IMG/VR virus record: IMGVR_UViG_3300016667_000843
Location: 1 to 53,112 of that record
Direction: 5' to 3' (one strand)
Length of the DNA stretch: 53,112 nucleotides
DNA from: a virus
Lineage: Duplodnaviria > Caudoviricetes
The position numbers were made by a program, and so were the translations under genes. Under the pieces are notes generated by a model. The model saw only the letters and a list, made by a program, of their open reading frames with translations. It searched no databases and was not told where the DNA came from. Shown piece after piece: positions 25,763 to 35,689 of the stretch (position 1 is its first letter; each line of letters begins with the position of its first letter).

Positions 25763-27886
25763 TTGGCCAATCGAAATGATCCATTTTTCTCCAGACTAAC
25801 CAAATTATTCCGGTCTGGACCCGCAATTCAACGTCGTGTCAAAGGATATGACTATAAGAGCTATTACGACAATCAGCTTGTCCGTGGTAATCTAGGTTAT
25901 CGTGGACCATTCCCATTTGGTCGTGAAAGTTCTCCCTTCTCTGTTCTCGGAGCATACGGCATTCTTGACCGCATGGCTCGTTACTCTGAATTCGCAGAAA
26001 TGGAATATCAGCCAGAGATTGCTGCTGCTTTAAATATCTTTGCCGATGAAACTGCTGCTGGAGACGAAAAGGGCAAGGCTTTCCATTTATATTCCAAGAA
26101 TCCCGAAGTCAAGAAAGCTCTTGAAGAGTTGTTCTATGATATTCTTAATATAGACTTTAATCTTCGTCCTTGGATCCGTAACTTGGTCAAGTATGGTGAT
26201 TTCTTCCTCTATAACGAAGTTATCCCAGATATTGGTATTGTTAACGTTCAACCAATTCCTGTAAACGAACTAGAAAGAGAAGAAGGGTTTGATCAATATG
26301 ACCCTTATGCAGTTCGTTATAAGTGGCTTACAAGAGGCAATAGATACCTTGAGAACTGGCAGATTACTCATATGCGTGTTCTTGGCAACGATCTATTCCT
26401 TCCATATGGAACTTCCATACTTGAGCCCGCCAGAAGAATTTGGCGCCAATTAGTAATGATGGAAGACAGCATGTTGGTTTATCGTGTTGTTCGTTCGCCA
26501 GAACGTCGTGTATTTTATATTGACGTTGGCAACGTAGCTCCTAATGATGTTCCTTCTTACATGGAAGCTGTAAAGCAGACCATGCGCTCAAGAGACGTTA
26601 TCGATAGAACGTCTGGTAGAATGGATCAACGTTATAATCCATTAAGCATTGACGAAGATTATTTCATTCCTGTTCGTGGTGGTTCTACCGGAACAAAGAT
26701 TGAAACTCTTGCTGGCGGTCAGAATGCCACAGCAGTAGACGACGTAAAGTATCTTCAGCAGAAGTTATTTGCCGCTATCCAGGTTCCAAAGCCTTATTTG
26801 AACTTTGACGAAAACCTTTCTGCCAAGGCATCTCTTGCCCAGCAGGACGTTAGGTTCTCGAGAACAATATCAGTTCTTCAGAGAGTTATTATTAGCGAAC
26901 TTAATAAGATGGCAATGATTCATCTCTATTCAAAAGGATTTGATGGAGAAGATCTTATATCATTTGAACTTAAGTTGAGCAATCCTTCAACTGTAGCAAT
27001 GCAACAGAAGTTGGAAGCAATGTCTACAAAGTTTGATATTGCTGGCAAGGCAAAAGAAACCAAGCTTGTTGATCAAGACTGGATTCAAAAGAAGATTCTC
27101 GATCTTACAGATGATGATATTATTAAGATTGAAGCCGGTATTCGTAGAGATAAGATTCGTGAAGTTGAGATTGAAGCTGTTGCAGTAAAGGAAAATCTTC
27201 CACAAAAGAATACAACAACAGATCCATTTGATCCAAGCAACTATGTAATGCCTGGAGCCGATGTTAAAAAGAATGCTCCAATTGGTCAAGGTATCGATGG
27301 AAATGCAAATACTCCAATACAGCCAGTTAATATGTCCACAAATATGCAAGCTGTTGCAACCAGTGGAGTTTCTGTAGCTGGACAACCTTCTGCTTCTCCG
27401 GATGCGGCGCCTGCTGGAATGCCAATTAAAGCAACGCCATATCTTTCTGCCGCCAAACACAATGAGCGTAGAAGAGTTGGAATGGCTGGAAGAGGCAATC
27501 TATCAATGCCAGACTTTAAAGACATGTTGTCTGGAAATAACAAATACATGACAGATATTAACGACAAAGAAACGTTAAATCTTAAAAGCCAGTTTACTCT
27601 TTCAGAGAAAAAAGACTTTGGTGATGTTGATATTGAGTATAAGCCACCCCCAGTTGTTTCTCGTGATATGAAATATCTAATGAGTAAACTTGATGATCAT
27701 TTTGAGAAGTCTGGTGGTCGCAAAAATCGTAAGATACTAACAGAAAATGAAGTTAAGCTTGATGATTTAAGAGATGAACCACTTTTCGAGATGGATATGA
27801 TTGGTGACGAGATACTGATAGAAAATACAGATAAAAATAAAAAAGTGGAAGAAAACGAAGAATTAGATTTAAGCAATCTAGAATGA
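25763..27886 (+). CDS. Portal protein (T4 gp20-like)
   Basis: PEIAAAL, MEDSMLVYRVVRSPERRVFYIDVGN, EDYFIPVRGG, IETLAGGQN, DDVKYLQ; TTG start with GAGG. Confidence 0.96.
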   Translation: MANRNDPFFSRLTKLFRSGPAIQRRVKGYDYKSYYDNQLVRGNLGYRGPFPFGRESSPFSVLGAYGILDRMARYSEFAEMEYQPEIAAALNIFADETAAGDEKGKAFHLYSKNPEVKKALEELFYDILNIDFNLRPWIRNLVKYGDFFLYNEVIPDIGIVNVQPIPVNELEREEGFDQYDPYAVRYKWLTRGNRYLENWQITHMRVLGNDLFLPYGTSILEPARRIWRQLVMMEDSMLVYRVVRSPERRVFYIDVGNVAPNDVPSYMEAVKQTMRSRDVIDRTSGRMDQRYNPLSIDEDYFIPVRGGSTGTKIETLAGGQNATAVDDVKYLQQKLFAAIQVPKPYLNFDENLSAKASLAQQDVRFSRTISVLQRVIISELNKMAMIHLYSKGFDGEDLISFELKLSNPSTVAMQQKLEAMSTKFDIAGKAKETKLVDQDWIQKKILDLTDDDIIKIEAGIRRDKIREVEIEAVAVKENLPQKNTTTDPFDPSNYVMPGADVKKNAPIGQGIDGNANTPIQPVNMSTNMQAVATSGVSVAGQPSASPDAAPAGMPIKATPYLSAAKHNERRRVGMAGRGNLSMPDFKDMLSGNNKYMTDINDKETLNLKSQFTLSEKKDFGDVDIEYKPPPVVSRDMKYLMSKLDDHFEKSGGRKNRKILTENEVKLDDLRDEPLFEMDMIGDEILIENTDKNKKVEENEELDLSNLE

Positions 27887-27955
27887 TTTGAAATTTACTA
27901 TAGTTCTTCCCTATTTATATCAGGAATTGACCTATAAGAGAATGGGTAATTTGAG

Positions 27956-28819
27956 ATGGAATTTAAACATAACAAAAAACGTAATATTGGTTTGATTAGT
28001 GAATTCTTTTCACGTTATATCGCTGAAGCCTTTATCGATGAACGTCATGATGACATTGCCAAAGCTCGTCAGCTTTGGGAAAAACATGTTCATCCAAAGT
28101 CTGCTACATATGCAGAGTTGCAAATCTTTAATGCATTACACGAAAGTAATCTTAACTCAAAAGAGATAGCTTTCTCAATGCTTGAAAAAGCAAAAACGTT
28201 TTGCAAAAAACAGTCCCAACAAAAGTTGGATGAAGAGAAAGCAACTCTTATTAACGAAATAAGTTCCGTTTTGGGTGATAAATCATTCTTTGATCGTTCT
28301 GTTCCAGATTACAAATCATATGCTTCAGTTCAGGTTTTGATGAATGCTTGGAGAGGAATTGGTTTTAAAGGTTCCATCTCTGAAATGGCTCAACTTGAAG
28401 AGATGATTTTAGAACACATATTAACCAAAAAGACAAAGCCAGAAATCGATGCATCTGGTGTAACAACATCTGAAGTCAATAGTCTTGTTGTTAAGATTAT
28501 GACAGAAAAGTTTAATGCAAAGTACAATGGCTTATTGAACGATGCACAGAAAGAGATTGTTAATCTTTATATGTTAAGCCATGACAATAAAGATAATAAG
28601 GATCGTTTGGTTGCATTACTTGAAGGCTTAAAAGTAAGCACTTTAAAGGCATTAAAATCTCCAGTAATGACTGAAGGTTTGGATAGAATTCTTAAAAGTA
28701 AATTGGGAGAAGTTGTTTCTTTGCTTGAAAGTAGTGATTTGACTAATGTAACCGATGAAACAATTACATTCTATATGTCAGTTGCAAAATTAAAGGAAGA
28801 AATGGAGAATAAATCATGA
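27956..28819 (+). CDS. Head-module hypothetical protein (possible prohead core component)
   Basis: Lies between portal and protease; KHNKKRNIG N-terminus; helical. Confidence 0.65.
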   Translation: MEFKHNKKRNIGLISEFFSRYIAEAFIDERHDDIAKARQLWEKHVHPKSATYAELQIFNALHESNLNSKEIAFSMLEKAKTFCKKQSQQKLDEEKATLINEISSVLGDKSFFDRSVPDYKSYASVQVLMNAWRGIGFKGSISEMAQLEEMILEHILTKKTKPEIDASGVTTSEVNSLVVKIMTEKFNAKYNGLLNDAQKEIVNLYMLSHDNKDNKDRLVALLEGLKVSTLKALKSPVMTEGLDRILKSKLGEVVSLLESSDLTNVTDETITFYMSVAKLKEEMENKS

Positions 28820-29421
28820 AACTCCTAAAAGAATTCAAAGAATTTAACTACGAAATAATCAAAGAAGATGCATCTGAAGGAAAGCCAGGAAAGCTTTTCG
28901 TTAAGGGCGTCATTCAACGTGCAGATACACTAAATCAAAATGGTCGTATCTATCCAAAAGATATTCTCTTCAAGGAAGTAGAGAACTATAAAAAGGTTGT
29001 TATGGAACGTCGTGCAATGGGTGAACTTGATCACGCCGACGATCCAGTTGTAAATCTCAAAAACGTTTCCCATCTTATTACAGATATTTGGGCAGATGAT
29101 GAAGTTATCTTTGGAAAGATTGAAATCCTTCCAACTCCAATGGGCAATATTGCACGCAATCTTATCGAAAGCAATGTTAAGATTGGTATTTCATCTCGTG
29201 CTCTTGGTTCTGTAAGAAGCCGTGGAGACGCAGATATCGTTCAAGACGACCTTCATCTTATTTGCTGGGACTTGGTTTCAGAACCATCAACTCCAGGTGC
29301 ATACATGATGCGTGAGGCAAAAGAAGTAGATCCTCGTATCCTTAACAAGATATTTTCCAAGAGTGATCGTCTAGACCGCATTGCAAACGATATTCTTGGA
29401 ATCAAAAAGGGTCGTGTATGA
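28816..29421 (+). CDS. Prohead protease (T4 gp21-like)
   Basis: NQNGRIYP, GELDH, VSHLI, GISSRALGS, DLVSEPSTPGA. Confidence 0.95.
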   Translation: MKLLKEFKEFNYEIIKEDASEGKPGKLFVKGVIQRADTLNQNGRIYPKDILFKEVENYKKVVMERRAMGELDHADDPVVNLKNVSHLITDIWADDEVIFGKIEILPTPMGNIARNLIESNVKIGISSRALGSVRSRGDADIVQDDLHLICWDLVSEPSTPGAYMMREAKEVDPRILNKIFSKSDRLDRIANDILGIKKGRV

Positions 29422-29963
29422 AAATGACAAAAAACGATTTCAAGGGTTTGATTAAAGAGTGTATCCGTGAACTTATCAAAGAGGGTGCCTTCAACGAAGT
29501 TGCTAACGTAATGTCAGAAAATGCAAGACCGACCAGCTCCGTAAGAACTGCTGCTCGTGATATGGTTAATCAAAAAAATCCTGTTGATACAGCCCGTGCT
29601 CGTGCTTTAGCAGCTCGTATGGCTGGATATGATGATGTTAATACAGATACCGACAATACATCAACTTCAGTTCCAATGAACCAAAATCTTTTAAAGTTAG
29701 TCGAAGCTACTTCTAATCAAATGAGCAAAGGCGATAATAAAATGGCTAATGCATATGCTGCTATTCTTGCAGATACGGCAATGCATACTCTTCCACAACA
29801 AATGGCACAAGATCCATCAAGAAATAGTGGATATGGAGCTATGGCTGCTGCTGGTATGCAAGGCGCTCAAGAAAAGGTTGCTCCACAAGAATTACAAGCA
29901 ATTGCTCCATCAGGTGATGTTTCCCATTGGGCTAAATTGGCATTTGGAAATTATAATAAATGA
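29418..29963 (+). CDS. Head-module hypothetical protein (candidate core protein)
   Basis: LIKECIRELIKEG N-terminus; C-terminal HWAKLAF. Confidence 0.7.
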   Translation: MKMTKNDFKGLIKECIRELIKEGAFNEVANVMSENARPTSSVRTAARDMVNQKNPVDTARARALAARMAGYDDVNTDTDNTSTSVPMNQNLLKLVEATSNQMSKGDNKMANAYAAILADTAMHTLPQQMAQDPSRNSGYGAMAAAGMQGAQEKVAPQELQAIAPSGDVSHWAKLAFGNYNK

Positions 29964-30024
29964 ATATTGTGATGTGACTACTTATATTTGCAACATATTT
30001 AGTTGTTAGTAAAGGATTTGAATT

Positions 30025-30510
30025 ATGCCAGCACGTAGACAAATAATGGTTCAACCACCGGCAGATAGAATGACAGGCGGCGCAGGAAAATCAGATATTG
30101 CTGTATTGCAAAGATCTTTTCCAGGCTCCCCAGTATACTCTGGAGAGTTAACAGATGCAGTAGCCACAGAACAATATATGAGCATTGTAACAAATGCTGT
30201 TGTTAATGATGGTGGACACACATTTGGTACGGTTGACTTGAACTATACCGGAGCTCCAAACCTCGCTGATGTAGTAACTGGCGGCGGTGGTCTTCCAGGT
30301 TCTCCATATGCACCAAATATAGCTTCACCTCCAAGCGGACAAAATCCAGCAGATATTCCAGAGTCTGGTGTCGAAGCTGCTGAACGTGCTCGTGGTTCCG
30401 GCGGCGCATTTACAGGCGACGGACTTGCATCTCCAAGCAGCACCGCAGCAGTAATTGCTAGACAAACTGTTGGCTCATTAACTAAAGGCACTTCAACTCC
30501 AACTGGATGA
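30025..30510 (+). CDS. Gly/Pro-rich putative virion protein
   Basis: Located in the head module; GGGGLPGSPYAPN. Confidence 0.6.
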   Translation: MPARRQIMVQPPADRMTGGAGKSDIAVLQRSFPGSPVYSGELTDAVATEQYMSIVTNAVVNDGGHTFGTVDLNYTGAPNLADVVTGGGGLPGSPYAPNIASPPSGQNPADIPESGVEAAERARGSGGAFTGDGLASPSSTAAVIARQTVGSLTKGTSTPTG

Positions 30511-30528
30511 TATATAAGGATATAACCC

Positions 30529-32496
30529 ATGAGTGATTTATATAAAGAAGCACTAGCTGACGCAGCAAAAATTCGTGAGATAGCAGAGCAAGATGCTCGT
30601 AATACTATCCTTGAAAAAATTTCTCCTTACATCAAACAAATGATTGCAAAGGAGTCATCTAATATACTTTTGCTTGAACAAGAAGATACTGGTGCTTCTC
30701 CTGTGGAAACCCCAGAAACATCTGATACAACTGTTTCTCCTGAAATGCCAATACAAGCATCAGGAGATGCAAACGTTGTTAACGTTCCAATGCCAACTGG
30801 AACAGATGGTAAAATAACATTAAACTTTGACGACCTCTTTTCAAAGAGCGGCGAAGATATTATTAATCCAACAGACGTGTCTCAAGGTTCCTCTATGGAA
30901 GTTGCAACAGCAACTCCTGCTGTTTCGGAGCCAGCACCAGAAGCTCCAGCTCCTGCTGCCGTAGCAGAACCAGAAGCTGCACCAGCCGCTCCAGAAGCCG
31001 CAGCAGCAGTACCTGCTGAAGCTGGACCAACACCAGCCCCAGAAACTGCTGGCGCAGCAGCAGAAGAAGAAGCCGCACCTGCACCTGCACCACTTGCAGA
31101 GGCAAAAACGGTAAAACAATTTGAACGTCAACTTGCTGAAATGGCAGTTAAGATTGATCGTATGTATTCTACAAAAGTTTCGGCTCTTACACAAGATGCC
31201 TATAAAACCAAGCTTTTTTCACTATTAGAGCAGCTTGATAAACTTGCTGCGAACAAGGCAATAACGCCAAGACAAGCCCAATTGAACGAAAATAGATTAG
31301 AATTTTTGTTCTTGCATTTGAAAGAAGCAAATTTGAACAATAGTTATAACACAAAGGACAAGGACACAACTATGACAACTCTTAAAGAATTCGCAGCAAA
31401 ACTTTTTGAAAGCGCCGATGACGAGCGTCTTGGTCAAGACAGCAAGACATCCGGAGAAACTGGTCTTCCAGTTCACAAAAAAGCAACCGCTCATGCACAA
31501 AGCGTAGACGGCGTACAAGCTGATCTATTTGGCGGTGGAAAAAAGACACTTGAAGCTCGCCACGCAGCCGCTGGTTCAGTAGATGCTGACGAACTCGAAG
31601 GTCTTGAAGGTGAAGAAGGACCATGGGAAGAAGCTCTACTTGAAGAAGTAGAAGCAGCACTTCGTGATGAACTAGATGCACACGAGGAACGCCCAGAAGA
31701 AGTACCAGGCGCAGTTAAAGATTCTGGCTACTTCGAAATTAGCGAAGCAGCTCTTAAAGAAGCAATTGCTAAAATCCGCAAGGAATCTGCTGGCAAAAAG
31801 GCAGCACTTCGTGAACAAGCAGAAGGCATGGAAGAAGATATGGTTCTTTCCGTTGAACTTCCAGACGAAGTTGAAGAACAACTTGCTGACGAAGATCTAG
31901 ATGTTGATCTTATGTTCTCTGGCGAAGAAGAAGAAGGCGAAGAAGTAGTCGATCTTGATATGTCCGACGAAGGCGGTTCAGAAGAAGAAGAAATGCTTCT
32001 TACCGACGAAGAAGGCGAAGAAGAAGCTGCTTCCCCAATGATGGAATCTCGTCGTGTTCGCCGTGCCCTTCTAGAAGCACGTACCCGTGAAGTCAAAGCA
32101 CGTCGTCTTGCAGAAGCAAAGCGTGCAGAAGCTGCCACACTTAAGAAGGAAATGGCAGAGACAAACCTTTTCCTCTCCAAGCTTGTTTACCTTAACAAGT
32201 TCCTTGTGAGAGAAGATCTTAGCCGCAAGGTTAAGCAACAAATCGTAGAGCACCTTGATCGTGCTTCCACAATCGCAGAAGCCAAGGAAATCTACGGAAA
32301 GATTGTTAAAAAGCTTGATGAAGCAGCAGCAGCGCAAACTGCTCCTGTAGTTGGTTCGGCATCAAAGCCAACGACTGCTGGCAGCGCACGTCTCAATGAG
32401 AGCGTAACAAGAGCTGCATCTACGAATGGTTCTGAACCAGTAATCGGAACGTTTGAGAAATGGCAGATCCTAGCTAACATCAAGAAAAATGGTTGA
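30529..32496 (+). CDS. Prohead core scaffold protein (T4 gp22-like)
   Basis: Directly upstream of the capsid gene; acidic and coiled-coil; many LxE sites; C-terminal EKWQILANIK. Confidence 0.82.
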   Translation: MSDLYKEALADAAKIREIAEQDARNTILEKISPYIKQMIAKESSNILLLEQEDTGASPVETPETSDTTVSPEMPIQASGDANVVNVPMPTGTDGKITLNFDDLFSKSGEDIINPTDVSQGSSMEVATATPAVSEPAPEAPAPAAVAEPEAAPAAPEAAAAVPAEAGPTPAPETAGAAAEEEAAPAPAPLAEAKTVKQFERQLAEMAVKIDRMYSTKVSALTQDAYKTKLFSLLEQLDKLAANKAITPRQAQLNENRLEFLFLHLKEANLNNSYNTKDKDTTMTTLKEFAAKLFESADDERLGQDSKTSGETGLPVHKKATAHAQSVDGVQADLFGGGKKTLEARHAAAGSVDADELEGLEGEEGPWEEALLEEVEAALRDELDAHEERPEEVPGAVKDSGYFEISEAALKEAIAKIRKESAGKKAALREQAEGMEEDMVLSVELPDEVEEQLADEDLDVDLMFSGEEEEGEEVVDLDMSDEGGSEEEEMLLTDEEGEEEAASPMMESRRVRRALLEARTREVKARRLAEAKRAEAATLKKEMAETNLFLSKLVYLNKFLVREDLSRKVKQQIVEHLDRASTIAEAKEIYGKIVKKLDEAAAAQTAPVVGSASKPTTAGSARLNESVTRAASTNGSEPVIGTFEKWQILANIKKNG

Positions 32497-32544
32497 AAAA
32501 TCAAAGCCGAATAAAACTAAAAAAACTATACAGGAGTATTTAAA

Positions 32545-34470
32545 ATGAAGTCTTTTACATTATCACAGTTAGCTGAAGGCGTTCACCGCCGTTCCCTCGG
32601 TGCAGACGCTCCACGTCTTATGAAGAAGTGGCAAGCAACCGGCCTTCTTGAAGGTCTTAAGGGAGTTGCCAAGGACAATATGGCTCGTCTTCTTGAAAAC
32701 CAAGCAGCCGAGATTCTTAAAGAAAATGCAAACGCACTTTCCACAGGCGGCGCAAACCTCGCTTCCTCTGGTCAAGTAGTTGGTTTCACAAACGTTGCAT
32801 TCCCAATCGTTCGTAGAGTATTCGCTGGTCTTATCGCTAACGAGATCGTCTCCGTTCAGCCAATGAGCCTTCCAGCCGGTCTACTCTTCTACCTCGATTA
32901 CACCTACGGTAACAACGTTGGTGGCGATGCAGGAGTAAACCTCTCTTCTGGCGCAACAAGCTCAACATACACAACAGGTCAATCAGTATACAATAACCCA
33001 GCAGGCGCAGGCATCCGTTCCGGATCTCTTGCAACCGGCGGTCTATACGATCTCGTTGGTACCGGCTACTCCAAAGTTCACAAGAACTTCACCACACTTT
33101 CTGCTTCTAACGCAGACGTTGGTGCATGGGGCGCAGCAGGAACAACCTGGACACCAGCAGACAAAGTTGCATCAGCAGCAGAGTTCGTTGGTTTCAACGC
33201 ACGTTACGTCAACTACGATGGCAAGATCGAAAACGATCTTACAGACAACTTGCTTGATTACTGTTTCCTTTTCGTATCCGCTTCACAATTTACCTTCACC
33301 GGTTCACCATCCAGCGCAGGTAACTACTTCGCCGCTGACTTGAATGCTCTTGATCAAATCGCAATCACAGCATTCCCAACAAACAACGGCGCAACAGCAT
33401 GGGGCGAGCAATACCAAGGCGGTACCGGCGTACTCAACCTTCGTAAGCTTAATAAGCGTGGTAACTGGAATGGATCCGTATTCACACCAGACCCACTTAA
33501 CGGCTCCCACGTTCTATTCGTAGTTCGCCTTGGACCAACAGGACTTGTACCAGCAGTAGATACAGCAGCAATCTCCGGTTCAGTTGCACTCGCAGATCGT
33601 CAACTTGTAAACAGCGACGGCGCTTCCCTTACAATCCCATCTTTCGAGTCTGATTTCTCCGGAAATTGGCCAGCATCTCCAGTTATCCCAGAAGTTGATA
33701 TCCGTATCGAATCAACCTCCGTAACTGCAACAACCCGCAAGCTTCGTGCTCGCTGGTCCCCAGAGATGGCTCAAGACCTTACAGCCTTCTACTCAATCGA
33801 TATCGAAGTCGAACTTACAAACATTCTCTCCGAGATGATCACACTCGAAATCGACCGTGAAATCCTTCAAGACCTTCTTACACAAGCTGGCGCAGCAAAC
33901 CTTTACTGGTCCCGTGCCCCAGGTAAGATCGTCAACAAGTACACTGGTGCAGAAGCTCTACAAAGCTCAATGCTTTCTCCTGGACCAATGGCATTCACAA
34001 ACATCCAAGAGTGGTACCAAACCCTTATTGAGACAATCTCCGACGTTGCAAACACAATCTACAAGAAGACCCTCCGTGGTTCTGCAAACTTCCTCGTCAC
34101 ATCACCAGACGTTTGCACAATCCTCGAGCATCTTGTAACCTACAAGCCAGCTTACCGCCTTGACTCTGATGGTCAAGTTCGTGACAGCATGACCGTAGGC
34201 GCAGAAGCAGTCGGTACACTCAATAACCGTTACACAGTCTATAAGGATCCATACTTCCCAACAAACAAGATCCTCGTCGGTCTTAAGGGAAATACCTTCC
34301 TTGAGTCTGGTTACATCTACGCTCCATACGTTCCACTCATCCTTACACCAGTCATCTACGCACAAGAAGACTTCACACCACGTAAGGGCGTAATGACACG
34401 TTACGGCAAGAGAATGGTTCGTAACGACTTCTACGGAACAGTTACAGTCCTAGACATGAACCTTATCTGA
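32545..34470 (+). CDS. Major capsid protein (T4 gp23-like) with a large insertion
   Basis: KKW..TGLLEG, LLENQ, FPIVRRVF, VSVQPM, TRKLRARWSPEMAQDL, EIDREI, YAPYVPL, FTPRKGVMTRYG. Confidence 0.97.
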   Translation: MKSFTLSQLAEGVHRRSLGADAPRLMKKWQATGLLEGLKGVAKDNMARLLENQAAEILKENANALSTGGANLASSGQVVGFTNVAFPIVRRVFAGLIANEIVSVQPMSLPAGLLFYLDYTYGNNVGGDAGVNLSSGATSSTYTTGQSVYNNPAGAGIRSGSLATGGLYDLVGTGYSKVHKNFTTLSASNADVGAWGAAGTTWTPADKVASAAEFVGFNARYVNYDGKIENDLTDNLLDYCFLFVSASQFTFTGSPSSAGNYFAADLNALDQIAITAFPTNNGATAWGEQYQGGTGVLNLRKLNKRGNWNGSVFTPDPLNGSHVLFVVRLGPTGLVPAVDTAAISGSVALADRQLVNSDGASLTIPSFESDFSGNWPASPVIPEVDIRIESTSVTATTRKLRARWSPEMAQDLTAFYSIDIEVELTNILSEMITLEIDREILQDLLTQAGAANLYWSRAPGKIVNKYTGAEALQSSMLSPGPMAFTNIQEWYQTLIETISDVANTIYKKTLRGSANFLVTSPDVCTILEHLVTYKPAYRLDSDGQVRDSMTVGAEAVGTLNNRYTVYKDPYFPTNKILVGLKGNTFLESGYIYAPYVPLILTPVIYAQEDFTPRKGVMTRYGKRMVRNDFYGTVTVLDMNLI

Positions 34471-34491
34471 TAAAAATCAGAAACTAATCTG

Positions 34492-34523
34492 AAGAGGGAC
34501 CGGCAGAAATGTCGGTCCTTTTT
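34492..34523 (+). terminator. Intrinsic terminator after the capsid gene
   Basis: GGGACCGGCA-GAAA-TGTCGGTCCT plus T tract. Confidence 0.85.
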
Positions 34524-34571
34524 CTATTAATATACAATAGAAAATTAATTTGTTACGATTACTTAACGCTA

Positions 34572-34919
34572 ATGGGTAAGCTCTTTAAGATAAGACGTGC
34601 AAATCGGTATCATCCATTTGATGTTCCTGCTCCATATGGATTTCTTGTTAAAAAAACAGAAAAAGGAGAATGGGCAAGCATTTGTTATGATGAAAGTTCC
34701 GGTCTTAACATAAGAGATAATCAGCCAGATTTAGAAGAATATTCTTTCCTTGAACCTAACTCTGTTGTTCTTCAACTTGAAGAAAGCGTTATAGGAAAAG
34801 AATTAGAATGCTTTAGTAAAACAGTAAAAGGAAAGTATGTTCCAGATGGAAACTATATTCCTTGTCTACTTGATGAACGGTTATTGCTTATTAAGGCAGA
34901 GTTCCTAAAACCTATATGA
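34572..34919 (+). CDS. Hypothetical protein
   Basis: ATG 6 nt after TACTTA. Confidence 0.6.
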   Translation: MGKLFKIRRANRYHPFDVPAPYGFLVKKTEKGEWASICYDESSGLNIRDNQPDLEEYSFLEPNSVVLQLEESVIGKELECFSKTVKGKYVPDGNYIPCLLDERLLLIKAEFLKPI

Positions 34920-34921
34920 TA

Positions 34922-34972
34922 TAAGGGAAATAAATAGTTGATATTCAATATCCTTTATGTTAAGATTAAGGT
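34922..34972 (+). promoter_or_regulatory. TAAGGG half-site plus leaderless sigma70-like promoter
   Basis: TAAGGG-10nt-TTGATA-17nt-TAAGAT-6nt-ATG(34973). Confidence 0.65.
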
Positions 34973-35644
34973 ATGAATTGCAATCGTCCCCATCATCGTT
35001 TTGATACTTCTACAGGCTTCCATGTTTTTGCAGAGAAGCCCGATACCGAGACTATCTATGGCACTTATCGTTTTAAGTGGACAGTAATCCCGCCCCTTGA
35101 ACAAGGATATTATGCTCGTAATCGTGTTCATCTTTCTGTTGATGATGGACAGACTTGGCTAGAAGAAAATAGTATTTGGTCCCTGCATTCCACTAATTAC
35201 AAGCTAATCGGCAACTATCACGATACCAATAGCGATCTTAATAAGGCTCTTATCGCAGCCCGTGAGGAGTGGAAGGTTGCCAGGCGTAAGAAGCTTGATC
35301 GTGAGCGTCGTGAGGAGTTTAATGCCCTTCCTCCGGATCAGCGTGCTCTAATCAAGACAGCCCGTTCGGAGGCATGGAAGCTTCGTAAGCAGAAGGCAGA
35401 GGAGCGCCGGATGGAGCGTACTGCACAGATTATGAGCCAGATGCTTCAAATTGGACCCGAGCTTGTTCGTTTGAAGGAAGACATTGAACAAATGTTGGCT
35501 CTAATGGCAAAGGGTGGAATGGATCGTTCTTTTCCTTATTATGGAAGTCGTCGGAGATATCTTCGGACGGCGAGTTGGACCGTTAATGATATGAAGCGTC
35601 ATATTGAAAACGCACATAAGCGAGCAGAAGATAAGAGTCGCTGA
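34973..35644 (+). CDS. Hypothetical early protein with coiled coil
   Basis: 223-aa ORF with early-type codons. Confidence 0.7.
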   Translation: MNCNRPHHRFDTSTGFHVFAEKPDTETIYGTYRFKWTVIPPLEQGYYARNRVHLSVDDGQTWLEENSIWSLHSTNYKLIGNYHDTNSDLNKALIAAREEWKVARRKKLDRERREEFNALPPDQRALIKTARSEAWKLRKQKAEERRMERTAQIMSQMLQIGPELVRLKEDIEQMLALMAKGGMDRSFPYYGSRRRYLRTASWTVNDMKRHIENAHKRAEDKSR

Positions 35645-35689
35645 ATATTCGCTTATAAATTTAAATGAACCTGTCTCATTATAATCGCT

